Source: Acidothermus cellulolyticus 11B (GTDB lineage: Bacteria; Actinomycetota; Actinomycetes; Acidothermales; Acidothermaceae). Taken from it: a DNA stretch of 32,000 bases. The DNA lies in assembly GCF_000015025.1 (NCBI RefSeq), contig NC_008578.1, positions 1,530,001 through 1,562,000 of the forward strand, written 5' to 3'. The translations under genes were made by a program, and so were the position numbers. Shown piece after piece: positions 1 through 8,897 of the stretch. Every line of letters starts with the position of its first letter. Position 1 is the first letter of the stretch. The notes below the pieces were generated by a model, which was not told the DNA's origin, made no database searches, and saw nothing but the letters and a program-made list of their open reading frames with translations.

Positions 1-1983
1 CGGGAAGGCCGGCACTCGCCGTTCGCGGCATGGTTTGACATCGACTGGGACGCCGGCGACGGCCGGATCGTCTTACCGTTCCTCGACGGGCCATTGACCG
101 AGAACCTCGGTCATTTCTCGGTCGTCACCGACGACGAGCACGGCGCAATGCTCGCCTACTATGACCATCGGTTCCCCCTTGCCGCCGGCACCGAACAGTT
201 GCCCGTTGCCGAGGCGCTGGACCGTCAGCATTACCGGCTCATCGACTGGCGCGCCGGCCCGCAGGAGCGGAATTACCGGCGCTTCGTGGACATCGATCAG
301 CTGATCGCCGTCCGGGTGGACGATCCAACGGTGTGGGATGCGACGCACGCCGTCATCGTCGACCTCGCCTGCCGCGAGCTGATTGACGGGCTCCGCATCG
401 ACCACATCGACGGGCTGCACGATCCGGCCGGATACCTCCGGCGACTGCAGAACGTGACCGGAGTGGACTGGGTCGTGGCCGAGAAAATCCTCACGCTGAA
501 CGAAGAACTCCCGGCCGACTGGCCGATCGCCGGGACCACCGGATACGACGCCCTGGCGGTGCTGAACGGCCTGCTCATCGATCCCGACGGTTATCGGCGG
601 ATTCGCCGGTGCTACGCCGACCTTGCGCACATGACGGCCGAACGCACCGAGGTCGTCACCGAGAGCAAACGGGCGGCGCTTGCGGCTTTTGCCGGCGATA
701 TCGAGCGATTGGCCGACGCGCTCTCCGGTGAAGCCGGCTGTGCGCCTGCCGTCGCGCGGGACCTCCTGCACCGGATCCTCCTGGACCTGCCCGTGTACCG
801 GCCCTATCCGAGCGACCCGACCAGCATGACAGCGCTGCACGCCGCGGTCCGTCAAGCGGTGGGCGCACACGCTGATGCGGCGGACTGCGCCCGGTTCCTG
901 GCGGCGGCGGTCCGCGACGGCCGGCCGGTCGGGGCGCGTTTTGGTCAGCTTGCCGCCGGGGTTTACGCCAAGGGCGTGGAAGACACCGCCTTCTACCGGG
1001 ACATCGCTCTCCTCGCCGTGAACGAGGTGGGGTGCGATCCACGTCGTCCGAGTTGCTCGGTCGCCGAATTCCACGACTTCATGGCCCGGCTGGAAGCGCA
1101 CCATCCGACGACGATGACGACGCTCTCGACGCACGACACCAAGCGGTCGGAGGATGTCCGGGCCCGGCTCGCCGTCCTCTCCGAGCTTCCCGAGGAGTGG
1201 GACACCTGTGTCCGCCGGCTCAGCACGCTCTCAACCGCGTTGGGCTGCCCCGACGAGCACGCCGCATACCTCGTCGTCCAGACCTTGGTCGGCGCGTGGC
1301 CGCTCGACCTGCGTCGCACCGCAACCTACGTGCGCAAGGCACTCCGGGAAGCAAAACGGGCCACCTCATGGCAGCATCCGAATGCCCGGTATGAATCCGC
1401 GGTGGCGTCATACCTCGACGCGGTCTTCGCGTCGGCCGATTTTCTCGGCCGCATCGAGGAATTCGTCAACCGGCTCGCCCCGTACGGGCGCGCCAACAGC
1501 CTGAGCCAGAAACTCCTCCAGCTCACGATGCCCGGCGTCCCGGACGTGTACCAAGGGTGTGAACGCACCTCGCTCCGGCTCGTCGACCCCGATAATCGGG
1601 CGCCGGTGGACTTTGCCGCGTGCCGGGCGGCATTGGACGAATTCCTCGACCCGAAAGTGCGGCTTACGGCCACCGTGTTGCGGCTTCGCCGACGGCATCC
1701 GGAATGGTTCACCGGCTACCATCCGCTCGTCGCGGACGGCCCGGCGGCCGACCATCTGGTCGCGTTTCACCGCGACGGTCCGGTCGTGACAGTGGCCGGA
1801 CGGCTCACCGCACGCCTTCGCGCCGCCGGCGGCTGGCGCGAGACGACGGTGCACATCCCCGCCGGAACGTGGGTCGATGCGCTCTCCGGGCGGGAATGTG
1901 ACGGTGGAGAACACGCAGTAGGGAGCCTGCTGGGCGCCGCCCCGGTTGCGCTTCTCGTCCCGGCAGTGGAGGTCACGGCATGA
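1..1983 (+). CDS. treY: maltooligosyl-trehalose synthase (GH13 family), 5' end outside window
   Basis: Frame 1 is open from nt 1 (REGRHSPFAAWFDIDWDAGDG precedes the TTG at 94). TreY-like blocks are present: LIDGLRIDHIDGLHDP, TTMTTLSTHDTKRSEDVR, MPGVPDVYQG. The stop overlaps the treZ ATG (ATGA, 1980-1983). Confidence 0.9.
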   Translation, partial: REGRHSPFAAWFDIDWDAGDGRIVLPFLDGPLTENLGHFSVVTDDEHGAMLAYYDHRFPLAAGTEQLPVAEALDRQHYRLIDWRAGPQERNYRRFVDIDQLIAVRVDDPTVWDATHAVIVDLACRELIDGLRIDHIDGLHDPAGYLRRLQNVTGVDWVVAEKILTLNEELPADWPIAGTTGYDALAVLNGLLIDPDGYRRIRRCYADLAHMTAERTEVVTESKRAALAAFAGDIERLADALSGEAGCAPAVARDLLHRILLDLPVYRPYPSDPTSMTALHAAVRQAVGAHADAADCARFLAAAVRDGRPVGARFGQLAAGVYAKGVEDTAFYRDIALLAVNEVGCDPRRPSCSVAEFHDFMARLEAHHPTTMTTLSTHDTKRSEDVRARLAVLSELPEEWDTCVRRLSTLSTALGCPDEHAAYLVVQTLVGAWPLDLRRTATYVRKALREAKRATSWQHPNARYESAVASYLDAVFASADFLGRIEEFVNRLAPYGRANSLSQKLLQLTMPGVPDVYQGCERTSLRLVDPDNRAPVDFAACRAALDEFLDPKVRLTATVLRLRRRHPEWFTGYHPLVADGPAADHLVAFHRDGPVVTVAGRLTARLRAAGGWRETTVHIPAGTWVDALSGRECDGGEHAVGSLLGAAPVALLVPAVEVTA

Positions 1984-3713
1984 GACCCCGGGTCTGGGCA
2001 CCGAACGTCAGCCAGGTCGAGCTGGTGACTTTCCGCGACCCGCAACCGGCCGTGACGCCGATGCAGCGGCGTGACGACGGCTGGTGGGAGACCGCCGACG
2101 CTCTCTCGCCCGGGGACCGGTACAGCTTCCGCCTCGACGGCAACGACGTGTTGCCGGATCCACGGTCCCGGTGGCAACCCGACGGCGTGCACGGCCCAAG
2201 CGGCGTACCGGACCTGCCGCCGGCCCGGCCGTGGCGCGGGCGTCCGATCGTCGGCAGCGTTATTTACGAATTGCACATCGGCACGTTCACACAAGCGGGA
2301 ACATTCGACGCCGCCGTCGAGCGTCTCGATTATCTCGTCGACCTCGGCGTCGATACGGTGGAAATCCTTCCGGTTGCGGCATTTCCCGGCCACCACGGCT
2401 GGGGGTACGACGGGGTGTTCCCGTTCGCCGTTTACGAACCGTACGGCGGGCCCGCCGGGATGCGGCGTTTCGTCGACGCCTGCCACGCCAAGGGGCTCGC
2501 CGTCGTCCTCGACGTCGTGTACAACCACCTCGGCCCGGACGGCAATGTGCTCGGACGATTCGGGCCGTATTTCACCGACACGTATCGGACGCCGTGGGGA
2601 CCAGCGTTGAATGTCGACGCAGCCGAATCCGACGACGTCCGGCGATATGTCATCGACAATGCGTTGTGGTGGTTGGAGGACGTCGGTGTCGACGGTCTCC
2701 GGTTGGACGCCGTGCACGCGATCGTCGACCTCTCGGCCACCCACATTCTCGAAGAGCTTGCCGTCAACGTTTCCCGTGCGGCGCAGCGATCCGGCCGTCC
2801 GCTGCAGCTCATCGCCGAATCGGACCGGAACGACCCCCGGCTCCTCACACCGCGCGGCGACGGCGGATACGGCCTGGACGCGCAGTGGAGTGACGATTTT
2901 CACCATGCGCTGCACGTCACGCTCACCGGTGAGACCAGCGGTTACTACGGGGATTTCCGCGGACCCGCCGACGTCGCGGCGGCCCTGACGCACGGCTACG
3001 TCTACACCGGGCAGTACTCCCCCTATCGACGACGGCGGCACGGTCGGCCGCTCCCGCCGGACACGTCCGCGCACCAGCTCCTCGGGTATGCCCAGACACA
3101 CGACCAGGTTGGCAACCGGGCGCGCGGTGAACGATTGTGCCATCTTGTATCGGTCGAGCGGGCGCGGATCGCCGCCGCACTCGTCCTCACCGCACCGTTC
3201 ACTCCCATGCTTTTCATGGGTGAAGAGTGGGCGGCCGGCACCCCATGGCAGTACTTCACCGACCACCAGGATCCGAATCTGGCCCGGGCGGTCCGGGAGG
3301 GACGCCGGGCGGAATTCGCCGCATTCGGTTGGTCGCCGGATGACGTCCCGGATCCGCAGGATCCGGAGACTTTTCACCGCAGCATCCTGAACTGGTCGGA
3401 GCTGGCCGATACCTCGCATCGCGAGATGCTGGAGTGGTACCGGACGCTCATTGCGCTGCGCCGCGCCGAGCCGGCACTCCGCGATCCGCACTTCGCCGAC
3501 GCATCCTGGGACGGGGCGACCCAGATCCTGCGCATCCAGCGCGGTGACATCGTCGTCGCCGTCAATCTCGGCGACAAGCCCATGCGGATCGCGCTTCCGG
3601 TACGCGACGTTCTCCTGTCATCCGGCGACGTCGACGCGACCGGGGCGGACCTTCACCTGCCGCCGCTTGCGGTTGCGATTGCCCGCACCACCCAGCGGGG
3701 AGAAATGCCGTGA
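1980..3713 (+). CDS. treZ: maltooligosyl-trehalose trehalohydrolase (GH13)
   Basis: 577-aa ORF with alpha-amylase-family blocks GLAVVLDVVYNHLGPDGN, VDGLRLDAVHAI, LIAESDRNDPRL and QTHDQVGNRARGERL. It lies immediately downstream of, and overlapping, treY. Confidence 0.93.
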   Translation: MRPRVWAPNVSQVELVTFRDPQPAVTPMQRRDDGWWETADALSPGDRYSFRLDGNDVLPDPRSRWQPDGVHGPSGVPDLPPARPWRGRPIVGSVIYELHIGTFTQAGTFDAAVERLDYLVDLGVDTVEILPVAAFPGHHGWGYDGVFPFAVYEPYGGPAGMRRFVDACHAKGLAVVLDVVYNHLGPDGNVLGRFGPYFTDTYRTPWGPALNVDAAESDDVRRYVIDNALWWLEDVGVDGLRLDAVHAIVDLSATHILEELAVNVSRAAQRSGRPLQLIAESDRNDPRLLTPRGDGGYGLDAQWSDDFHHALHVTLTGETSGYYGDFRGPADVAAALTHGYVYTGQYSPYRRRRHGRPLPPDTSAHQLLGYAQTHDQVGNRARGERLCHLVSVERARIAAALVLTAPFTPMLFMGEEWAAGTPWQYFTDHQDPNLARAVREGRRAEFAAFGWSPDDVPDPQDPETFHRSILNWSELADTSHREMLEWYRTLIALRRAEPALRDPHFADASWDGATQILRIQRGDIVVAVNLGDKPMRIALPVRDVLLSSGDVDATGADLHLPPLAVAIARTTQRGEMP

Positions 3714-4462
3714 TGTCCGCGCCGCAATTCCGTCAGCTCTACCCGGCGTCCGATGACGTGCCCGACGTCCCTGCCTGCTACGCGTACCCCGACGAGCGGT
3801 GGCTGCGCGGCAATATGATTGCCAGCCTGGACGGCGCGGCCACCGTTGATGGTCGTGCCGGGCCGCTGGGAAATACCGCCGACCAGTGGATGCTCGCCCT
3901 GCTGCGCGCACTGGCGGACGTCGTCCTCGTCGGTGCGGCGACCGCAGAGATTGAAGGGTACCGGCCGATCCAGATTCGGGAGGAATTCGCTTCTTTACGC
4001 CGTGACCGGCCTTCTCCAGTGACCGCGATCGTCTCCCGCACGCTGCGGCTCGATGTCACGGGCCGGCTCTTCACCTCTGGAGCACGACCCCTGGTCATCA
4101 CGTGCACATCCGCGCCAGCACGGGCCCGGCACCAGCTCGCCGACGTCGCCGACATCGTCGTTGCCGGCGACGAAACCGTCGATCTGCACCACGCCGTTCG
4201 CGAATTGGCCGACCGCGGTCACCGGCGGTTGCTCTGCGAGGGCGGGCCCCGCCTTCTCGCAGCCCTTGCCGCCGAGGACCTGCTCGACGAGCTCTGCCTG
4301 ACCATCTCCCCGCTCCTCGTCGCCGGTTCCGCGCCGCGAATTCTCGACGGTACCGCCATCACACCGCGTCGGATGCGGCTCGCGCACCTGCTGATGGACG
4401 CCGACGGGCTGCTGTACACCCGCTACGTCCGACGCCGTGACCGGGAGAGGAACCGGCCGTGA
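3710..4462 (+). CDS. RibD C-terminal-domain / pyrimidine-reductase-like (DHFR-fold) family protein
   Basis: 250-aa ORF with segments typical of the RibD_C fold: GNMIASLDGAATVDGRAGPLGN, ADVVLVGAATAEIEGY, RRLLCEGGPRLLAAL..LCLTISPLLVAG. The GTG at 3710 (or the ATG at 3713) overlaps the treZ stop. Its own stop overlaps the ligase GTG. Confidence 0.72.
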   Translation: MMSAPQFRQLYPASDDVPDVPACYAYPDERWLRGNMIASLDGAATVDGRAGPLGNTADQWMLALLRALADVVLVGAATAEIEGYRPIQIREEFASLRRDRPSPVTAIVSRTLRLDVTGRLFTSGARPLVITCTSAPARARHQLADVADIVVAGDETVDLHHAVRELADRGHRRLLCEGGPRLLAALAAEDLLDELCLTISPLLVAGSAPRILDGTAITPRRMRLAHLLMDADGLLYTRYVRRRDRERNRP

Positions 4463-5541
4463 ATCTTCCGGTCTCACCGCCGGTCGAGCCGATGCTCGCC
4501 CGCCTTGCCCCGAGCATTCCACCGGGCATGCATTACGAACCGAAATGGGACGGCTTTCGGTGCATCATTTTCCGGGACGGCGACGAGGTGGTGTTCGGCA
4601 GCCGTACCGGCCGACCCCTGGAGCGATATTTTCCCGAGCTCGCGGACGGCGCACGCCGGGAATTGCCGGCCCGATGCGTCATTGACGGGGAAATCGTCGT
4701 CCTGACCGACGGCCGGGTCGATTTCGGCACGCTGCAACAACGCATCCATCCGGCGGCTTCCCGAATCCGGGCGCTCGCCGATGCCTCCCCCGCGGTCGTC
4801 GTCGTCTTCGACTTGCTCGCGACAGCTGATACGGCGATGCTCACGCGGACCTTTCATGAGCGGCGGGCCCGGCTCGTGGAGCTCCTTGCCGGCAGCGGGT
4901 TTCCCTTCCTGCTCACTCCGGCCACTGACGACCACGCCCGGGCGGCGTACTGGTTCGCCGCGCTGGAAGGCGCCGGCCTTGACGGCATCGTCGCCAAACC
5001 CTTCGACCTGCGTTACCAGCCGGGGAAACGGGTGATGGTGAAAATCAAACACGAGCGAACCGCCGACTGCGTGGTCGCCGGCATGCGGCCGTATCGCGGC
5101 GGCAGTGGTGTCGGGTCGCTCCTGCTCGGGCTGTATGACGACGCCGGGGTCCTGCAGTACGTGGGGGTCTGCGGCGCATTCGCCGCCTCCTCCCGGACGG
5201 CACTCGCCACGGAACTGTCGCCGCTGGTCACCGAGATCACCGATCACCCCTGGGGAGCAGGGCACGGCCGGGTACCGGGTACGCCGAATCGATGGAACTC
5301 CGGAGAGAACCTGGACTGGGTTCCGCTGCGGCCGGAGCGGGTCTGTGAGGTGGCCTACGACTTTCTGGACGGCGCCCGGTTCCGTCACACCGCGCAGTTT
5401 CGGCGCTGGCGGCCGGACCGGACCCCGGAATCCTGCCGTTTCGACCAATTCGAGGCGCCCGAACCGATCGACCTCGCCGCGGCCCTCGATCTCCCGCCTG
5501 CAGACCGATGCCGGCCGCGGCCCCAGCCGGCTGGGCCATAG
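4459..5541 (+). CDS. ligC: ATP-dependent DNA ligase, stand-alone LigC-type
   Basis: 360-aa ORF. The N-terminus VNLPVSPPVEPMLARL is typical of bacterial ATP ligases. Adenylation motif I KxDG is present as EPKWDGFR. An OB-like C-terminal half is present and there are no fused polymerase or nuclease domains. GTGA overlap with the upstream gene (4459-4462). Confidence 0.87.
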   Translation: MNLPVSPPVEPMLARLAPSIPPGMHYEPKWDGFRCIIFRDGDEVVFGSRTGRPLERYFPELADGARRELPARCVIDGEIVVLTDGRVDFGTLQQRIHPAASRIRALADASPAVVVVFDLLATADTAMLTRTFHERRARLVELLAGSGFPFLLTPATDDHARAAYWFAALEGAGLDGIVAKPFDLRYQPGKRVMVKIKHERTADCVVAGMRPYRGGSGVGSLLLGLYDDAGVLQYVGVCGAFAASSRTALATELSPLVTEITDHPWGAGHGRVPGTPNRWNSGENLDWVPLRPERVCEVAYDFLDGARFRHTAQFRRWRPDRTPESCRFDQFEAPEPIDLAAALDLPPADRCRPRPQPAGP

Positions 5542-5583
5542 AATCGCCGCGAATCACCTGCTGAGCGCCGCGAAGGGACCGCC

Positions 5584-6624
5584 ATGACCCCCCCACCGCA
5601 GCCAGCCGGCGACTGGGTCGTCGTCGGCCTCGACAACGGGGGCACGGCCAACAACGCAACTGTCCTCACGGGCGACGGCCGGTTCCTGGTGGACGCCCTG
5701 GTGGAGAGTCCAAGCCGGGTGACGGAGGGACCGACGGCTGCGCTGCAGGCCCTGCTGGCGGCGTACCACGACATTCTCGCCCGGACCGGCTGTTCGGAGG
5801 GGCAGGTCCGCGCAGTCGGCCTGGACAGCCCAGGCCCGGCAAGCGCCGACGGCGTGATTTCCCGGGTCGGGGCAACGAATTTCGGTCATCCGGATTGGCG
5901 GGGATTCGATTTTCGCGGCGAACTCGAGAAGCTTCTCGGCGTCCCAGTGATTTATCACAATGACGGCAATGCCGCGGCGCTATACGCGCACCGCATGTTC
6001 TTCGGTGACGAGGCGCCGATCCGATCGTCGGTCTCGGCCATCGTCGGCACCGGTCTGGGCGGCGGGATCATCGTCTCCGGGGCGGTGATCCGTGGAGCCG
6101 CCGGGATGGCCGGCGAACTCGGCCACGTCCACATTCCGCTCGACGGCATTCTGGCCGACGGCCAACCGGTACCCCGGTGCAACTGCGGCTTTCGTGCGGA
6201 CGCCGAGAGCATCGCCAGCCTCAGCGCCATCGAGCGGAACCTGCTGCCGTTCTGGCTCTCCCGGTACCCCGGCCACGCCCTGGCCGCCCTGCCGATCCGA
6301 CAGGCGGCCCGTGAAGTCCGCCGCCTTGCCGAGCAGGGGGATCCGTTGGCGCTCGATATCTTCCGGCAGCAGGCGGCGGCGATCGGCCGGCTCTTCACCA
6401 TCCTGGCGAACGTCATCGACCCGGACGCCTACTTTATCGGTGGCGGCGTCGTCCAGGCCACCGAACAGTTCCGTGAATGGTTCCTCGCCCAGGTCAGGGC
6501 GGAGACCCGGCTCCGTCCCGAGCAGCAGGAGACGGCCGCCTTCGCGCTCACCCCCGACCTGGACATGGCAGGGGCCCGCGGGGTCGCCATGGCGGCGCGG
6601 GACGCCGTCCTCGCCGGCCGCTGA
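5584..6624 (+). CDS. ROK-family sugar kinase (specificity unknown)
   Basis: 346-aa ORF with the N-terminal ATP-binding block VVVGLDNGGT, then GTGLGGGIIVSG, and a ROK zinc-site region AGELGHVHIP...CNCGFRADAE. The usual third Cys of CxCGxxGCxE is Asp here. GAAGGGA lies upstream of the ATG. Confidence 0.78.
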   Translation: MTPPPQPAGDWVVVGLDNGGTANNATVLTGDGRFLVDALVESPSRVTEGPTAALQALLAAYHDILARTGCSEGQVRAVGLDSPGPASADGVISRVGATNFGHPDWRGFDFRGELEKLLGVPVIYHNDGNAAALYAHRMFFGDEAPIRSSVSAIVGTGLGGGIIVSGAVIRGAAGMAGELGHVHIPLDGILADGQPVPRCNCGFRADAESIASLSAIERNLLPFWLSRYPGHALAALPIRQAAREVRRLAEQGDPLALDIFRQQAAAIGRLFTILANVIDPDAYFIGGGVVQATEQFREWFLAQVRAETRLRPEQQETAAFALTPDLDMAGARGVAMAARDAVLAGR

Positions 6625-6668
6625 CCCGCCGCCGCCGATCCTGGGTCGGATCTCCGCCTCTGGGCCGG

Positions 6669-7688
6669 CTAGTGGACCGGCCGGGCGCCGCGGGCCCGGC
6701 TTGGCTGGACACGCACCGGTTCCCCCGGCATTTTCGGGAAATTCGGCGGATAAGGGGCGTCACCGAGGCCGCGGTCGCGGACATCGCGGTCGGCCATCTC
6801 CAACAACGGCGAGAGGTCATGGGCAATGTCGTCGATCGTCCGGTGCAGGTCGCCAATGGCCGCGAACCGCTCGGGAACGGTCGCGATGGTGAAATCGTCC
6901 GGTTCGGCGTCGTCCAGCTCCGCCCAGCTGATGGGTGTTGACACGGTGGCGCGCGGATTGGCCCGCACGCTGTAGGCGGCGGCGATGGTGCGGTCCCGCG
7001 CATTCTGGTTGAAATCCAGGAAGATTCTCGCGCCGCGCTCCTCTTTCCACCACGCGCTTGTCGCCAGCTGCGGTGCACGTCGTTCGATTTCCCGTGCGAA
7101 CGCAAGCGCGGCGCGTCGTACCGCGACGAAATCCCACTCCGGCCGAATCCGCACCAAGACGTGCAGGCCGCGACCGCCGGACGTCTTGGGAAAACCCCGG
7201 TACCCGAGTTCATCGAGCAGCTCATGAACCAGTCGCCCGACCGCACGCACCTCGGCGAATCCCGTACCCGGCTGTGGGTCAAGGTCGATGCGGAGCTCGT
7301 CCGGATGCTCGGTGTCGGGACGCCGTGACGGCCACGGATGAAAGACGATCGTCCCCATATTGACCGCCCAAATCACGGCAGCGAAATCGATAACGCACAA
7401 TTCGTCCGCTTGCCGGCCGCTCGGAAACTGCACTCTGGCGGTTTGAATCCAGTCGGGGCGTGACGCCGGGACCCGCTTCTGGAAAATCATCTTTCCGTCA
7501 ACGCCGTCCGGAAAGCGCTGCAACGTGCAAGGCCGTTCGTACAACGCCCGCACGATGCCGTCGCCGACGGCGAGGTAATACCGGACAAGGTCGAGCTTGG
7601 TCGCGCCGAGCGCCGGAAAATACAGCTTGCCGGGATGGGATATCCGTACGGTCCGGCCGCCTACGGTGAGCTCCACCGCGTCACTCAT
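6669..7688 (-). CDS. stand-alone LigD-polymerase-domain protein (archaeo-eukaryotic primase-like Prim-Pol)
   Basis: 339-aa ORF. It starts with the typical N-terminus (TVGGRTVRISHPGKLYFP). It contains the catalytic DxD context ELRIDLDPQPG and the SGGRGLHVLV motif characteristic of the LigD Pol domain. Confidence 0.87.
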   Translation of the reverse strand: MSDAVELTVGGRTVRISHPGKLYFPALGATKLDLVRYYLAVGDGIVRALYERPCTLQRFPDGVDGKMIFQKRVPASRPDWIQTARVQFPSGRQADELCVIDFAAVIWAVNMGTIVFHPWPSRRPDTEHPDELRIDLDPQPGTGFAEVRAVGRLVHELLDELGYRGFPKTSGGRGLHVLVRIRPEWDFVAVRRAALAFAREIERRAPQLATSAWWKEERGARIFLDFNQNARDRTIAAAYSVRANPRATVSTPISWAELDDAEPDDFTIATVPERFAAIGDLHRTIDDIAHDLSPLLEMADRDVRDRGLGDAPYPPNFPKMPGEPVRVQPSRARGARPVH

Positions 7689-7787
7689 GAGCTGACGGTA
7701 CCCTCGGCGGCCTACCGCAGCACCGGGAGACGCAGGCCGCGGTCGCCGCGCGGGGTGTCACAGTGCCGGACGCGGTAGGGTCGGGGT

Positions 7788-8189
7788 GTGGAACGCATCA
7801 TCCGCTCCGAGGCCGAGTGGCGCGCTCAGCTCAGCCCCGCGGAATATGCCGTCCTGCGCGAGGCGGCCACCGAGCCGCCGTTCAGCGGCGAGTACGTGAA
7901 CACGACGACACCCGGTGTCTACGTCTGCCGGGCGTGCGGTGCCGAATTGTTCCGCAGCGAAACGAAATTCGACTCCCACTGCGGGTGGCCGTCGTTCTAC
8001 GCGCCGCAGGACACCGACGCCGTCGAACTGTTACCCGACCACAGCCACGGCATGATCCGGACCGAGGTCCGCTGCCGGCGCTGCGGGTCTCATCTCGGTC
8101 ACGTCTTCCACGGCGAGGGTTATCCGACGCCGACCGACGACCGTTACTGCATCAACTCCATCGCGCTGCGCCTCGTCCCGGAGGATTGA
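7788..8189 (+). CDS. msrB: peptide-methionine (R)-S-oxide reductase
   Basis: 133-aa ORF with two zinc CxxC pairs (CRACG, CRRCG), the catalytic-Cys context RYCINS, and GWPSF. Confidence 0.93.
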   Translation: MERIIRSEAEWRAQLSPAEYAVLREAATEPPFSGEYVNTTTPGVYVCRACGAELFRSETKFDSHCGWPSFYAPQDTDAVELLPDHSHGMIRTEVRCRRCGSHLGHVFHGEGYPTPTDDRYCINSIALRLVPED

Positions 8190-8194
8190 CCGCA

Positions 8195-8887
8195 TTACGG
8201 CAACGCGGCGATGATTTCCGCCACCGGACGCCGGGGACCGGTGAAGAACGGTGTTTCCAACCGGGTGTGCCGGCGCGCCCGGGCCTCACGCAGCCGGCGC
8301 ATGAGATCCACGATCCGGTGCAGCTCATCCGCCTCGAATGCAAGCAGGAATTCGTAATCGCCCAGTGCAAATGCGGCCACCGTGTTCGCCAGCACGTCCG
8401 GGTACTCCCGGCCCATCCGGCCATGTTCGGCGAGCATGTCCGCCCGGTACGCCGCCGGCAGCAGATACCATTCGTGGTCGCGGTTGTACGGGTAGACGCA
8501 GACATATTTCTTGGGCGCCTCACCGGCAAGAAAGGCCGGAATATGCGCCTTGTTGAATTCGGCCTCCCGATGCACGCCGATCGCCGTCCATGCCGGTTCG
8601 CACGCCTGGCCGAACGCCGTCCGGCGCAACCGTTGGTAGGCGTCCTGCAACGCCTCCGCCTCGCCGCCGATCCACCAGATGAGCACGTCAGCGTCGGCCC
8701 GGAAACCGCTGATGTCGTACACACCGCGGGTGGTGACCCCTTTGCCGGCCGCCTCCGCGAGCAGATTCTCCACTTCCGCCGAGACATGCGATCGATCCAG
8801 GTCGGCCAGGGCGCCCGGGCGGCCGCGAAGCACGGCGTACATCACATACGTTGTCTGCTGGTCTGCTGTGCTCTGCTGGGCTGTCAC
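8195..8887 (-). CDS. hemQ: coproheme decarboxylase (chlorite-dismutase-like HemQ/ChdC)
   Basis: 230-aa ORF with HemQ-like blocks (YVCVYPYNRDHEWYLL, FALGDYEFLLAFEAD). It lies directly downstream of hemY and hemE on the same strand, the canonical actinobacterial arrangement. Confidence 0.87.
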   Translation of the reverse strand: MTAQQSTADQQTTYVMYAVLRGRPGALADLDRSHVSAEVENLLAEAAGKGVTTRGVYDISGFRADADVLIWWIGGEAEALQDAYQRLRRTAFGQACEPAWTAIGVHREAEFNKAHIPAFLAGEAPKKYVCVYPYNRDHEWYLLPAAYRADMLAEHGRMGREYPDVLANTVAAFALGDYEFLLAFEADELHRIVDLMRRLREARARRHTRLETPFFTGPRRPVAEIIAALP

Positions 8888-8897
8888 AGGCCCATTC

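Noticed and set aside
8187-8197. msrB and hemQ stop codons only 5 nt apart (convergent)
   Set aside because: Tight convergent packing is common in compact actinobacterial genomes. No structure or element is discernible in 5 nt.
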